This document shows positions 30,568 to 40,547 of a DNA stretch of 44,166 nucleotides, piece after piece (within the stretch, counting starts at the first letter, position 1; each line of letters opens with the position of its first letter). The DNA comes from Treponema sp. (lineage in GTDB: Bacteria; Spirochaetota; Spirochaetia; Treponematales; Breznakiellaceae). The DNA is taken from positions 1 to 44,166 of the forward strand of contig WQXE01000001.1 in NCBI GenBank assembly GCA_009784995.1. Reading direction: 5' to 3'. Position numbers and translations under genes: made by a program. The notes beneath the pieces were generated by a model, which searched no databases, was not told where the DNA came from, and saw only the letters and a list, made by a program, of their open reading frames with translations.

Positions 30568-30677
30568 GCTTTTCAGAAATTTCAATTTCTGAAAAGCTAC
30601 TTAACCGCATTTTCGTAGGGCTTCGCCCGAGAAAATGCAAGAATGAAACTGGAATGCTAAAGCATTCCGGTTTCATT
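30568..30677. repeat. Three consecutive inverted repeats
   Basis: GCTTTTCAGAAATT/AATTTCTGAAAAGC (30568-30597); GCATTTTC..GGGCTTCGCCC..GAAAATGC (30607-30638); AATGAAACTGGAATGCT/AGCATTCCGGTTTCATT (30642-30677). Confidence 0.75.
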
Positions 30678-32028
30678 AGCGGTTAAAATCTTCGATTGCC
30701 GCGTTAATTCTTGGCATCCATGATTCAATGTGCTGAGCCGGATTTACAGTTCCTGTTCCGTCAGCTCTGAAGTCGTTGATGAAATCATCAAACGGATAAC
30801 CTGGAACTAATTGGAAACCTTTTAATGTAAGATACTGTGAGTCTCTTGACATTACAACAGTTTCTGTTACGTCGCGGAGGTTTCTGGATGCCCAGTAGTG
30901 TCCCTGTAACCAGTCTGTTGTAACAGGTGTAAACCAGGATTCCATAGCGTTCATAATAACATTAACTTCTGCTGGTGAATAAAAGTTAGGAATTACATAA
31001 ACGTTATTGTTGGCGCCAATGCGGAGTTTCGATGAGTTAGGACCTCTTGGAGGAAGAACGTATCCACCTTCAAAGTTGTCGTTCATCTGACCTTTTCTCC
31101 ATTCAGGATCAAATGTCATAGCTGTTCTGCCATCGGAGTAAGCTGACCAGTTCCAGCCCCAGTCATAAGTAGGCTGTGTGGCGACAAGTCTTTCTCTGAT
31201 TAATGTGTTATAGAATTCTAAAGCCTGAATTACAGCAGGTGAGTTAACATTGCTAATCGCTCTACCCTGAGCGTCAAATGTAACGAGATTTCCGCCATTT
31301 CCCCATACTAAACCCATGATAAATTCGCGAGCGTCGTCAATAGGAAGAGCGTAAGTATCGATAACGCCGTTACCTGATCTGTCTCTTGTTAATTTTCTGC
31401 AAACATCAAGGAAAGTATCCCATGTCCAGTTATTGCTTGCCTGTAAATCATAAAGATATTCCGCGCTTAAACCAACTTCAACAAGGTGCTGAGGATTAAA
31501 GTACAACATCGCTGTTCCCCAACCATCGTTTGGAAGACCAAACTGAAAACCGTATTGTTTTCCACCGAATGTCATAAAGTCCTGTACAAGACCATCATAC
31601 ATAGGTCTTACACCGGCGACAGGTTCACGGTTGTTTAAGTTAGCTCTTGAATCGCTTACAGGATATAAAAGTCCCTGTTTGAACAATGTCATCGCCATAG
31701 CGGAAGAAACTTCATAAACACTGATTGTTTTGTCGTTTGACATAATATGGCTTGCTACTAACGGAAGGTAATTATCATAATCTGATAATTCAAATACTTC
31801 CATTTTGAATCCTTCTCTCGCGAGAAGAGCTCTTCTCATTTCAAGTTCCTGTTCTTCACCTTCGTTTCTTGGTTCATAGGTATCTACATTGTATGTTGAC
31901 CACCATGACGCGATTCTGATGTTCGCGCCTTTAAGACCGTCTCCCGGACATCCTGTAAATACGACTAAACTAAATACAAGGATAAGAGCAAACAGAACTA
32001 ATCCAATTTTTTGACTTGTTTTAAACAT
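30676..32028 (-). CDS. Carbohydrate ABC transporter solute-binding lipoprotein
   Basis: Lipobox VVFTGC, family-1 SBP features (GGKQYG, NNWTWDTFLDVCRKLTRD, DGRTAM). GGAGG SD upstream. Confidence 0.88.
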   Translation of the reverse strand: MFKTSQKIGLVLFALILVFSLVVFTGCPGDGLKGANIRIASWWSTYNVDTYEPRNEGEEQELEMRRALLAREGFKMEVFELSDYDNYLPLVASHIMSNDKTISVYEVSSAMAMTLFKQGLLYPVSDSRANLNNREPVAGVRPMYDGLVQDFMTFGGKQYGFQFGLPNDGWGTAMLYFNPQHLVEVGLSAEYLYDLQASNNWTWDTFLDVCRKLTRDRSGNGVIDTYALPIDDAREFIMGLVWGNGGNLVTFDAQGRAISNVNSPAVIQALEFYNTLIRERLVATQPTYDWGWNWSAYSDGRTAMTFDPEWRKGQMNDNFEGGYVLPPRGPNSSKLRIGANNNVYVIPNFYSPAEVNVIMNAMESWFTPVTTDWLQGHYWASRNLRDVTETVVMSRDSQYLTLKGFQLVPGYPFDDFINDFRADGTGTVNPAQHIESWMPRINAAIEDFNR

Positions 32029-32100
32029 GTCATTCCTCCATAAAAAAAATATTTTTTTTATCTCAAACGGTAAACTACCGTGTTGAAACCTAATTTGGTA

Positions 32101-33093
32101 TTACATTTTAATACCGGTCTGACTTAACGATTCTACGAATGTTCTTTGCGCTACCAAATAAAGCAATATAAGCGGTACAAGGAAAACTAAAGTTCCTGTC
32201 GCTACGACTGCCTGAACATATCCAACTGGGGGCTGCGCCATAATTCCGCCTCCTCCCGCTCCTACAGCGTTAACTCCCGCCCAATAACGGAAAAAACTTT
32301 CTGTAAGTCTTGAAATGGCGATAGGCATCATGTTATATCCCCTAAGGAATAATGTTGAAAAAATGGAATCTGTCCATTGCCATACAAACGAAAACAGGAA
32401 ACAGGATGTTAACATCGGCATAGCGTCCGGAAGCATTATACGTCCGAATGTATAAAACCTTCCGCATCCGTCTACATAAGCCGCTTCTTCAAGTTCTTTT
32501 GGCACACCCCTGAAATACTGCCTTAAAAGGAAGATGTAAAGACCGCTTTTTAAACCCATAGCGGTCGCGGAAAGAAGGAAGTAACCTGTTAAGGTACCCA
32601 AAAGATTTATCGGTTCTCCTGTTATCAATTTAAAAATCCCGAATACATCAAAAAACTGAAAATTCAAATAAAGCGAAGATAAAATTGTCTGAGGTGGAAC
32701 AATGATGATTAAAAATACGCACATGAATAAAATGCTTTTACCGGGGAACTTATAACGCGCGAAACCGTAAGCCGCCATTGTACAAGCCGCGACCTGTAAA
32801 AGGGCGCTGATTACAATTATTATTGTTGATTGAATTAACGTGGGCCAGTACCTCATCAGGTTCATGGCTATTTTATAATTGTCTGTGGAAAAGTTACGGG
32901 GAATACTTACAACGCTCGCGTCGTAAAGGTCATGTTCTTCCATAAAACTTACGGAAACTTTATCCAAAAGCGGCTGTAAAATTAGGAAACAAAAACCAAA
33001 AATAAGAATGGCGCGAAATATTTTGTAGGTTACATCCGTAACCCTGTTTCTGAGAATGAACATTGCCTGAGAGTTTACTTCTTTTTTAATCAT
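32101..33093 (-). CDS. Carbohydrate ABC permease (MalG-like)
   Basis: AAYGFARYKFPGK, EAA loop PKELEEAAYVDGC, FVWQWTD. Confidence 0.93.
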   Translation of the reverse strand: MIKKEVNSQAMFILRNRVTDVTYKIFRAILIFGFCFLILQPLLDKVSVSFMEEHDLYDASVVSIPRNFSTDNYKIAMNLMRYWPTLIQSTIIIVISALLQVAACTMAAYGFARYKFPGKSILFMCVFLIIIVPPQTILSSLYLNFQFFDVFGIFKLITGEPINLLGTLTGYFLLSATAMGLKSGLYIFLLRQYFRGVPKELEEAAYVDGCGRFYTFGRIMLPDAMPMLTSCFLFSFVWQWTDSIFSTLFLRGYNMMPIAISRLTESFFRYWAGVNAVGAGGGGIMAQPPVGYVQAVVATGTLVFLVPLILLYLVAQRTFVESLSQTGIKM

Positions 33094-34069
33094 AATAGTA
33101 AACCTTCTTGGAAACGAGCCCCATTGCCACCCCTATAACAATTATAACGATCAAGAAATAGAACCACGCCAGAGCCGACGAATATCCGAAATCGAGGTTC
33201 TGGAACAAGACGGTGGATATTTTCTCCATAACCCTGTTATCTGTCCTTAAGAAGAAGTCTACCACAGAATATACTATATTGACAAGTATTAACGAGCTTA
33301 CCATAGGGAAAGTTATTTTCCAGAAACATTCCCAGCTTGTAGCTCCCTCGATTTTAGCGGCTTCAAACATGCTTGGCGGTATGGTTTGCAAAGCCGAAAG
33401 GAAGATAATTATCTGAATACCGGAAGCCATAGCGATAGTATAAATCTGATTAACTACCTGGAAAATATATTTCATGAAACCGGCGGCAGCGCCTTCAACT
33501 GCTATTATTTCTTCCAAAACCCCGGTTATCGAGGCTTTCATCTGGTTAGAATCCTTAATAGATTGGGCGATACTCTGCATAAGAGCGTTATTTGTCTCTA
33601 ACCCGACCAAAACTCCCGAAGATAAAATTACAGGAAGGAAGAAAATCGCCCTGACTAAGGCTCTTCCTTTAAACTCCTGGTTTAATAAAAGCGCTATAAA
33701 AAGACTGAAAATAATGATTGCCGGAACAACAAGTACCATACGGATAAGTTCTTCCACAAGCAAACGGGTAAATTCGGGGTCTATTGTAAGAGCTCTTTCA
33801 AGGTTTCCAAAAGCGACAAATTCAAGGGAAAAAGCTTTTTCAACAAGATCTATACTAACCCTGCTGAAAATCATCCTAAAGGATTCAAAGATTGGAATAA
33901 GCATAAAAAAGATAAAACCAATAACAAACGGAAGAATAAATAAATACCCGGCGCGGGCGTTTTTACCTTCCAGTGTAAGGCAAAGTTTATCATTTTTAAC
34001 CCAAAGATATTTAGGCAAAGCTTTTGATAAAAAACCATCAATTGTGTCTTTAATATTTTTAAGTTTCAT
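33086..34069 (-). CDS. Carbohydrate ABC permease (MalF-like)
   Basis: GYLFILPF, RAIFFLPVI, EAA loop IPPSMFEAAKIEGA, WKITFPM. Confidence 0.93.
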   Translation of the reverse strand: MKLKNIKDTIDGFLSKALPKYLWVKNDKLCLTLEGKNARAGYLFILPFVIGFIFFMLIPIFESFRMIFSRVSIDLVEKAFSLEFVAFGNLERALTIDPEFTRLLVEELIRMVLVVPAIIIFSLFIALLLNQEFKGRALVRAIFFLPVILSSGVLVGLETNNALMQSIAQSIKDSNQMKASITGVLEEIIAVEGAAAGFMKYIFQVVNQIYTIAMASGIQIIIFLSALQTIPPSMFEAAKIEGATSWECFWKITFPMVSSLILVNIVYSVVDFFLRTDNRVMEKISTVLFQNLDFGYSSALAWFYFLIVIIVIGVAMGLVSKKVYYYD

Positions 34070-36600
34070 TAATTCCCCCGCCTTAATACAACATAATTAT
34101 TGGCGCCAACATACCTGCCGCTGTAATTAATTCCCGTACCGGACACGTTTACAGCGACTCTTGTTCCGTCTTCGTATTCGGTAATTGTAGAACCTTCCGA
34201 TACAATTGTATGGTTTACAATCGCCTGATTATAAAGATGTCCAAAATCAGCGTTAAAACGTTTGTAAAGAGCGTCCGCGTCTTTAACCCATTTATGATAA
34301 ACATTGGCGTAAAATTGTCTGAACTTTGTTTCCTGTAAAACCGAAGTATCTTCTGTCATAAAGCTGAAGTACAACCCCGCTCCGCTTTCTACTGTTTTTA
34401 ATAAATGCCTTGTATAATCTTCCGCGAGGTTTATCGCCTTTCCTGTAAAAGGAACCAAACCGTGTAAAACCATCGGATAAAATGGAATGGAAACATCTGT
34501 TATTCCAAAGTGCTGGCAATCAAGCGGCATATCCACGATAAAATCGGCGAAAGGAGCCGCGAAAGCGTGACCCGCAAGCAGCATAATGCCTGTATTTCCT
34601 CTTGTAAGCTGAGCCAATTTTTCCTGTCTCATTACTTTAGAACCTTCGCGGCTTACATGTTGTCTTTCATTGTAGTCCCCGGCGAGCCTTGAACCTATGT
34701 TCCTGAACGCGATATTATCGAGTCCAAAACCTGACGATTTTTCTACAAAATTGTCGATCATCGACATCATGGTATCAGGGCGCGCTACATAACTTAGTTT
34801 ACCCCATCTGGTTCGCTCTCCAAACCATACAAAACTAAAAGGATATCTTTCTATTCTTCTGCGGTCTATCGAACGAGAAGCGTCATTGTATAAACTAAAA
34901 CCGTCAAAAGGTCTTGTATCCCTCATAAAAAAGAAATCAACTTCCGGGTAAAGGTTAAAGTTTTTTTGATTCGCGGTATTTACAAGGTTTTCAAAATCTT
35001 TTTTGCTTCCAAGTTCTCTTATCAGTTTGATTTTGCTTGGAACTGAATGTTCTACGCTATAATTAAACCATCCGTTTAATTTTACATTTACATTTTTCCA
35101 TCCAAAATTAGCGAAATCGTTTATCATATCCGCGGCTTCTTTATAGGAAGTAAGCCTTAAAGGAAGATCAAAAGGAATCCCCGCGCGATGCTGTGTTTTA
35201 TTTACAGCTCCGGGGATTTCTACGGCTATCGCCACCGCGCCGTCATTTCTTTTTCCAAGCGTAGGATATTTATTTAAAAGGTATTCGCGGTATTCTTTTG
35301 CCATACCAACATAACCTTCTTCTTTGCAAAGTATGTAACGAATAGTTATTCTTTCACCTTCGGGAAGTGATCTTTCATATTGATAAACATCGCGCTGGGA
35401 CCTTCCGGAAATGTTCATAATTTCGCTGTGTACCATTGTAAAACGCGGATACACATAATTATAGGAACTTGTAGGACTGGAAACATCGGCTCGCACACTC
35501 GCGTAAGAAGAACCATTTTCTATTACAGCTAAAATGGCGTTTCCATTTCTTTGAATGCCGTATATGGGCATGGGAGAGCGGTTATCGGAAACAATTTCTT
35601 TTCTTACCCTGGCTTCGTCCCATCCGTATACTACACTGTTAAAAAATTGCTGGTTATGTTTTCCGTTATTAAAATAAATTAAAGAACCCGCTCCGTCCGG
35701 AACCAAAACATAACCTTCGTCTTCCAGATAACCCGCTCCAAAATAAGGCATTACAGATAAAGTTGTAATTGGGAATTCCGCGCGATACGCGATTTTCTCA
35801 AAAGGTATATCCAGTACTAGCGACCTTCCTTCCAGTGTATAACGTAATGTTATATTAAACGAAGGTCTTTCGTTTCTCGCGAGAGTAGGATACATGGAAA
35901 TATCGGTAAGGTATTCATCATAAGTATAACCGGCATTAGAAAAGTAATTTTCAAATTCCGCTTTTTGATATTCATGTACCTCGTCGCGTAACGCGTAAAT
36001 ATTGGTTCTTGTAAGATTGGGATACTTCGCCAAAAGTTCATCCCTGTCATCATTTCTTCTTAAATTATTTAAATCATAAAGACGGTAACCGGAGTTTAAA
36101 AGACTCTGTTCGATCATTGACATTTTGCCCATGAAATATAACATTCTTTCTTCCGTAACCGCGGGCGGAATAATATAAGTGCGTTCTATATTACCGACTG
36201 TATAATTAACTTCCAGACCGCCGTTTACGATATCGTATTCATAAACGCCAAGACTTATACTTTGCTCACCGGAATACTGGAACATTCCAATCCCGTAAAC
36301 GTTGGCGTATTCCAAAGCGAATACGGATTCCTGCATGTATCTTGTAACGGGAGCCGCTCTAGGATCGATTTCCTCGGGGTTTGATCTCCACTGCGCTCCT
36401 GTTTCTTTACAGGTTAAAATAATCCCTGTGGTTTCAGGCAAAAATCGCATAAGAAGATACTGGTTTTCCAGAATAACTTCGTCGGTATTGCCGTCCCATT
36501 CATAAATAATAATATTTTTCGCGCCGGAGGGCCTGCCGCCGCAAGAGATTACCGCGATCGAGATAATTAAAGCTAAAAGAAGCCAAGTAACTTTTTTCAC
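34069..36600 (-). CDS. DUF5696-type lipoprotein (putative glycoside-hydrolase-like fold)
   Basis: Lipobox AVISC; PYFGAG...GYVLVPDGAGSLI; GYVGMAKEYREY; LTSYKEA; GWFN; LYPEVDF; IPFYPMVLHG; YEDGTRVAVN. Position between the Yip1 gene and the permeases is characteristic. Confidence 0.75.
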   Translation of the reverse strand: MKKVTWLLLALIISIAVISCGGRPSGAKNIIIYEWDGNTDEVILENQYLLMRFLPETTGIILTCKETGAQWRSNPEEIDPRAAPVTRYMQESVFALEYANVYGIGMFQYSGEQSISLGVYEYDIVNGGLEVNYTVGNIERTYIIPPAVTEERMLYFMGKMSMIEQSLLNSGYRLYDLNNLRRNDDRDELLAKYPNLTRTNIYALRDEVHEYQKAEFENYFSNAGYTYDEYLTDISMYPTLARNERPSFNITLRYTLEGRSLVLDIPFEKIAYRAEFPITTLSVMPYFGAGYLEDEGYVLVPDGAGSLIYFNNGKHNQQFFNSVVYGWDEARVRKEIVSDNRSPMPIYGIQRNGNAILAVIENGSSYASVRADVSSPTSSYNYVYPRFTMVHSEIMNISGRSQRDVYQYERSLPEGERITIRYILCKEEGYVGMAKEYREYLLNKYPTLGKRNDGAVAIAVEIPGAVNKTQHRAGIPFDLPLRLTSYKEAADMINDFANFGWKNVNVKLNGWFNYSVEHSVPSKIKLIRELGSKKDFENLVNTANQKNFNLYPEVDFFFMRDTRPFDGFSLYNDASRSIDRRRIERYPFSFVWFGERTRWGKLSYVARPDTMMSMIDNFVEKSSGFGLDNIAFRNIGSRLAGDYNERQHVSREGSKVMRQEKLAQLTRGNTGIMLLAGHAFAAPFADFIVDMPLDCQHFGITDVSIPFYPMVLHGLVPFTGKAINLAEDYTRHLLKTVESGAGLYFSFMTEDTSVLQETKFRQFYANVYHKWVKDADALYKRFNADFGHLYNQAIVNHTIVSEGSTITEYEDGTRVAVNVSGTGINYSGRYVGANNYVVLRRGN

Positions 36601-36609
36601 CGCTTCCCC

Positions 36610-37266
36610 CTATATAAACCTGAATAGTAATTCTCTGTACAGCGATAAAAAGTAAGCTATTGTATCGCTGATCAAACTAAAGAAAACAACAAAAACAAAC
36701 ACCATAATTCCCATTCCAATAATCGTAAGAAGGCTGGATAAAATGGTCTTTCCCATACTGTAATCGTGTATCATCATCATGCCGACTAAAATTAACACAC
36801 CAGTCCAGGCGATTGAAAATACCGATAAAAACCAGTAAACAGCACCTTCCTCAAATGTAATAACCTGGCTTAGAATAATCATTATTGTGTTAATAAAAAT
36901 GGAAGGAACAAGAGCGTAACCTACAGCCATGTAGATGTCCCTCATTCTTCCTTTGCCGTCCATAAGTGTTGTAAGACCCCAGTTAGCGACTACCCAAAGG
37001 AAAATTGGAAGCAATATACGCATAAGAACAATAAGAGCGTTAAAGTTTTCCATGTTAATTCGCACAAACATAAAACTTGTAAGTGTTATGCGCAATATTT
37101 CCACAAGTACGGAAGCGAAAACAAAAATATTGGCGGCGGCAAGAGAGCCTCTTTTTTCATTGGTTAAATCCCAAAAACCATCAAAGGGATGGGTGCAAAC
37201 ATGCAATGAATATTTCATGGTTTTGCCCAGGTGCTGCCACCAGGTTTTATCGGTTAAATACTTCAT
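36610..37266 (-). CDS. Yip1-domain membrane protein
   Basis: HPFDGFWDL, WVVANWGLTTLMDGKG, YALVP, IHDYS; about 5 TMs. Confidence 0.8.
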   Translation of the reverse strand: MKYLTDKTWWQHLGKTMKYSLHVCTHPFDGFWDLTNEKRGSLAAANIFVFASVLVEILRITLTSFMFVRINMENFNALIVLMRILLPIFLWVVANWGLTTLMDGKGRMRDIYMAVGYALVPSIFINTIMIILSQVITFEEGAVYWFLSVFSIAWTGVLILVGMMMIHDYSMGKTILSSLLTIIGMGIMVFVFVVFFSLISDTIAYFLSLYRELLFRFI

Positions 37267-38732
37267 GCGTCTCTGATCTCCTTAACAAGTTTGATAGAGT
37301 ATTTAATAGCGGTGGGAACCAGAACAACCAAAGCGACTATTAAAAGAATTTTCCAAAGGTTGTCTTCCATCCATTGTTTGCGATATAACTGGAACGCTTT
37401 ACCGTAACCTTCGCGGAAATGTTTAAGTTTGTAATATTCCATCGCTTTTCGATATTGACCCTGACGCAATGCCGCTCTTCCAATTCCGATATACGCGAGG
37501 TCGTAGTTTCCGTTCATTTTTAAAACTTCTTCCCATATAACAGCTGAAGATTCATAACGTCCCGCTCTATATTCATTTAACGCGTCGTTAATTTTTTGAC
37601 CATAAGAAGTTAAATCAAAACGGGTAACGGCGGCTGTTCTTGAATCCAGTGTGTAAAGAGCGGTTCCCATTCTGTCTATGGCTACAGGTATCTGAAAATA
37701 TCCTTCCTTGTTACCAAGACTTCCAAAAGCGTATAAAAGATTGCCCTGGAAATCATACATAAAAATACGTCCGCGGGCGCTGTCAAAACAGGCGTAGGAG
37801 TCGTTGTCAAAAGCGACAACGTCTACAAATCTTGAAGGTCCTGATACTCCCGCCGCGTCTCCAAAAACTAAATCGCCTACAGGGTTTTCGTATCCATTAC
37901 GGATTAAAATATCCTGCCCCATAGCGTTTAAGCGGCGTACGGGATCTGTTGGAACATCTCCCCAGGCTGCCATAGTCGCGTTTGTAGCGTAAATAAAACC
38001 GTCTTTATCAAGGGCTATATTATTGTATTCTGTGGGGATAAAAAGGTTCATTCTTTCTCTTTGCGCCTGTGTGGCGAATAATCTCCAAATATAATCGACT
38101 ATGCTAAAAGTTACTTTATTCGCTCCCATGTAACCGGTAAAATCACCCCTATTGTCAAACTCCATTAAACCTTTGTTAACGTTTCTTACCTGAACGAATA
38201 TCCTGTTGGCGAAATCGACAACAAGTTTTAAAGGATGAAACTCGACAAACTCATCGATACTTTCATCATCTGGTCTTGTAATTGTAAAGATATGATTCCA
38301 TTCGCTGTCCAGTTTCAGGATACGTCTGTTATTTGTATCCGCGATATAAATGTAGTTGCTTCTGCACTGGAAAAGATCCGAAGGATACGCAAGGTTTGAT
38401 TCCTCACCGTCTATCAAAACAGATGTAATTACCCGCTCTACAGTATGTTCGCCGTTTGGCTGTAACTCAAGCACAACTACTCTATTGTTGCCGGAGTCGC
38501 AGACAAATACTCGGTTCTCTCTGATAAAAAGACCCTGTGGATCCCTGAAATGCCCAATCCCTAAAGATGAACCCAGGATAAAATCCGTTACTCGATACGC
38601 GTCGGGAGAGGCGACTTGTTCCTCCCAAAAATCATAATTATATGTGTAGTTGGTCGGCTCCGCGTACAAAAGAAAAAAGAAAAAAGAAAAAAGAAGAGAG
38701 AAAAGAAAAACAACTTTCAACTTTTTATTCAT
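37263..38732 (-). CDS. NHL-repeat beta-propeller protein with C-terminal TPR and membrane anchor
   Basis: Signal peptide; NHL repeats (PQGLF...VCDSGNNRV; PSDLF...IADTNNRRI; FQIPVAID); TPR (WEEVLKMNGNYDLAYIGIGRA); C-terminal TM. Confidence 0.85.
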   Translation of the reverse strand: MNKKLKVVFLFSLLFSFFFFLLYAEPTNYTYNYDFWEEQVASPDAYRVTDFILGSSLGIGHFRDPQGLFIRENRVFVCDSGNNRVVVLELQPNGEHTVERVITSVLIDGEESNLAYPSDLFQCRSNYIYIADTNNRRILKLDSEWNHIFTITRPDDESIDEFVEFHPLKLVVDFANRIFVQVRNVNKGLMEFDNRGDFTGYMGANKVTFSIVDYIWRLFATQAQRERMNLFIPTEYNNIALDKDGFIYATNATMAAWGDVPTDPVRRLNAMGQDILIRNGYENPVGDLVFGDAAGVSGPSRFVDVVAFDNDSYACFDSARGRIFMYDFQGNLLYAFGSLGNKEGYFQIPVAIDRMGTALYTLDSRTAAVTRFDLTSYGQKINDALNEYRAGRYESSAVIWEEVLKMNGNYDLAYIGIGRAALRQGQYRKAMEYYKLKHFREGYGKAFQLYRKQWMEDNLWKILLIVALVVLVPTAIKYSIKLVKEIRDA

Positions 38733-38735
38733 TGT

Positions 38736-39605
38736 TTACTCCTTTATCCCCGAACTTGCCATTGTCTGAAGAACGTTACTTTGAGCCAAAATAAAACATA
38801 TTAATGGAACAATCATGACAAAAAGCCCAACAGCGGCTCCTACGCCCGCTCGCGCTACACCGGTTGTGATAATCTGCGAAAGAGCGTAAGGAAGTGTTTT
38901 TAATTCTTCAGAATAAATAAAGTTTGACGCTCTAGCGTTCCATAAAGATTGAACCGAGAAAATCATTACGGTAAGCCACGCGGGTTTAATCATTGGAAGG
39001 ACGATCCAGGCGAAGATGCCCATCTCCTTAGCCCCGTCCACTTTGGCGGCTTCCAATAATGTATCCGGTATTGTATCTATAAATTGCTTTAATAAGAAGA
39101 AACCCATAGGCATAGCGAACGCGGGAACGATGATAGAAAGATATGTATCAACCCAGCCAAGCTGCGCCATAACAAGGTAGTTAGGAATCGCGGTTACATA
39201 ACCGGAGAACATAAGGGTAATAATAACGCCGGAGAAAAATACTTTCGCGCCGGGGAATTTATATTTGCTTACAACAAACGCTCCCATGGCGGCGACGATG
39301 ATAAGACCCGCGGTTCCCGCGACAGTGACAAACAATGTATTAAAAATGTACCTGGAAAAAGTAACCCAGGATTTACTCATGATGATAAAAAGATCCTGGA
39401 AGTTATTCATCGTAGGACGGCGAACAAAAATATTTGGCGGGAAAAGGAAGATTTCGTTTAAAGGTTTAAACGCGTGGTTGATGTTAAAAACAAGCGGGAA
39501 CGCGAAAAACACGCCAAAGATTGTAAGCAGTGTGATAATAAACGCGTCTCCGCCGTAAGAACGGTTAAGTCTTCTTCCGCCAATCAGTTTTTTTATTTTT
39601 TTCAT
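38736..39605 (-). CDS. Carbohydrate ABC permease (MalG-like)
   Basis: AFKPLNEIFLFPP, SKYKFPG, EAA loop IPDTLLEAAKVDGA. Confidence 0.93.
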   Translation of the reverse strand: MKKIKKLIGGRRLNRSYGGDAFIITLLTIFGVFFAFPLVFNINHAFKPLNEIFLFPPNIFVRRPTMNNFQDLFIIMSKSWVTFSRYIFNTLFVTVAGTAGLIIVAAMGAFVVSKYKFPGAKVFFSGVIITLMFSGYVTAIPNYLVMAQLGWVDTYLSIIVPAFAMPMGFFLLKQFIDTIPDTLLEAAKVDGAKEMGIFAWIVLPMIKPAWLTVMIFSVQSLWNARASNFIYSEELKTLPYALSQIITTGVARAGVGAAVGLFVMIVPLICFILAQSNVLQTMASSGIKE

Positions 39606-39606
39606 A

Positions 39607-40539
39607 TCAAGTTCCTACCCGCTTTAGCATTTTTTGAATAACGAAGTTACAGATGATCATTGTAAAGAACAAAATCGTAGCGATAGCCGAGGCGTAACCC
39701 ATTTCAAAACGCAGTGAGCCATAGTCAATAAGATGGTTTACAACCGTATGTACCGCGTAGTCCGTACTTGGGAAACCGGCAAGTACAATGGTAACGTCCG
39801 CTACCCCGAACGATTGCGTTATCGCCATAACAGCTCCGAACATTAACATCCCCTTCATATTGGGAAGAGTAATGTACCACAATTCCTGCCATCGGTTGGA
39901 AATACCGTCTACAAGGCCCGCTTCATAAAGAGTCGGGTCTATAGTAGAAAGACCGGCGATAAACGCGAGGAAGCCCGCTCCCAAACTCATCCATAAAATA
40001 ACAACAAGCATAACGGGCATCATAAACTTGGGATCGGAAAGCCAAAGGATGGGTTCGGATAAAATACCAAGGTTCATTAAAGCGCCGTTAATATAACCGT
40101 AAGCGTCGCCGGAGAAAATTAAAGCCCAAATCATGTAAGCGCCGCCTGAAATTGAAGGCGCGTAAAAAACAAGGGTAACAAAAGCGCGAACATAACGGGG
40201 AAGCTCGTTAATAAACCACGCGAACAAGAATGCCATTATATAACCGATAGGTCCTGTAATCGCCGCCATCAAAAATGTGTTTTTCATGGCGATTAAAAAT
40301 ACATCGTCCGCGAGCAATAGGTTTATGTAGTTACGAAGTCCGATAAACTTTGGCGGCTCCAAAATATTAAAATATGTAAAACTGTAAAAAATTGATATTA
40401 CAAGCGGAGCGACAAAGAACAAAAGAAAAACAATCGCGTAAGGAGCCAGGAAAAGATAACAAACGCGATATTTATAAATTTCGCGCGCCCGCTTTTCGTC
40501 ATTATTTTTTACTTTATCCAAATACCGTACAAGACTCAT
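39607..40539 (-). CDS. Carbohydrate ABC permease (MalF-like)
   Basis: YLFLAPY, FIGLRNY, FYAPSISG, EAA-like loop IDPTLYEAGLVDG, MGYASAIA. Confidence 0.93.
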   Translation of the reverse strand: MSLVRYLDKVKNNDEKRAREIYKYRVCYLFLAPYAIVFLLFFVAPLVISIFYSFTYFNILEPPKFIGLRNYINLLLADDVFLIAMKNTFLMAAITGPIGYIMAFLFAWFINELPRYVRAFVTLVFYAPSISGGAYMIWALIFSGDAYGYINGALMNLGILSEPILWLSDPKFMMPVMLVVILWMSLGAGFLAFIAGLSTIDPTLYEAGLVDGISNRWQELWYITLPNMKGMLMFGAVMAITQSFGVADVTIVLAGFPSTDYAVHTVVNHLIDYGSLRFEMGYASAIATILFFTMIICNFVIQKMLKRVGT

Positions 40540-40547
40540 TATTCCCC

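Noticed and set aside
33474..34130. 218-aa plus-strand ORF
   Set aside because: Antisense to a clear ABC permease, with composition typical of a shadow ORF.
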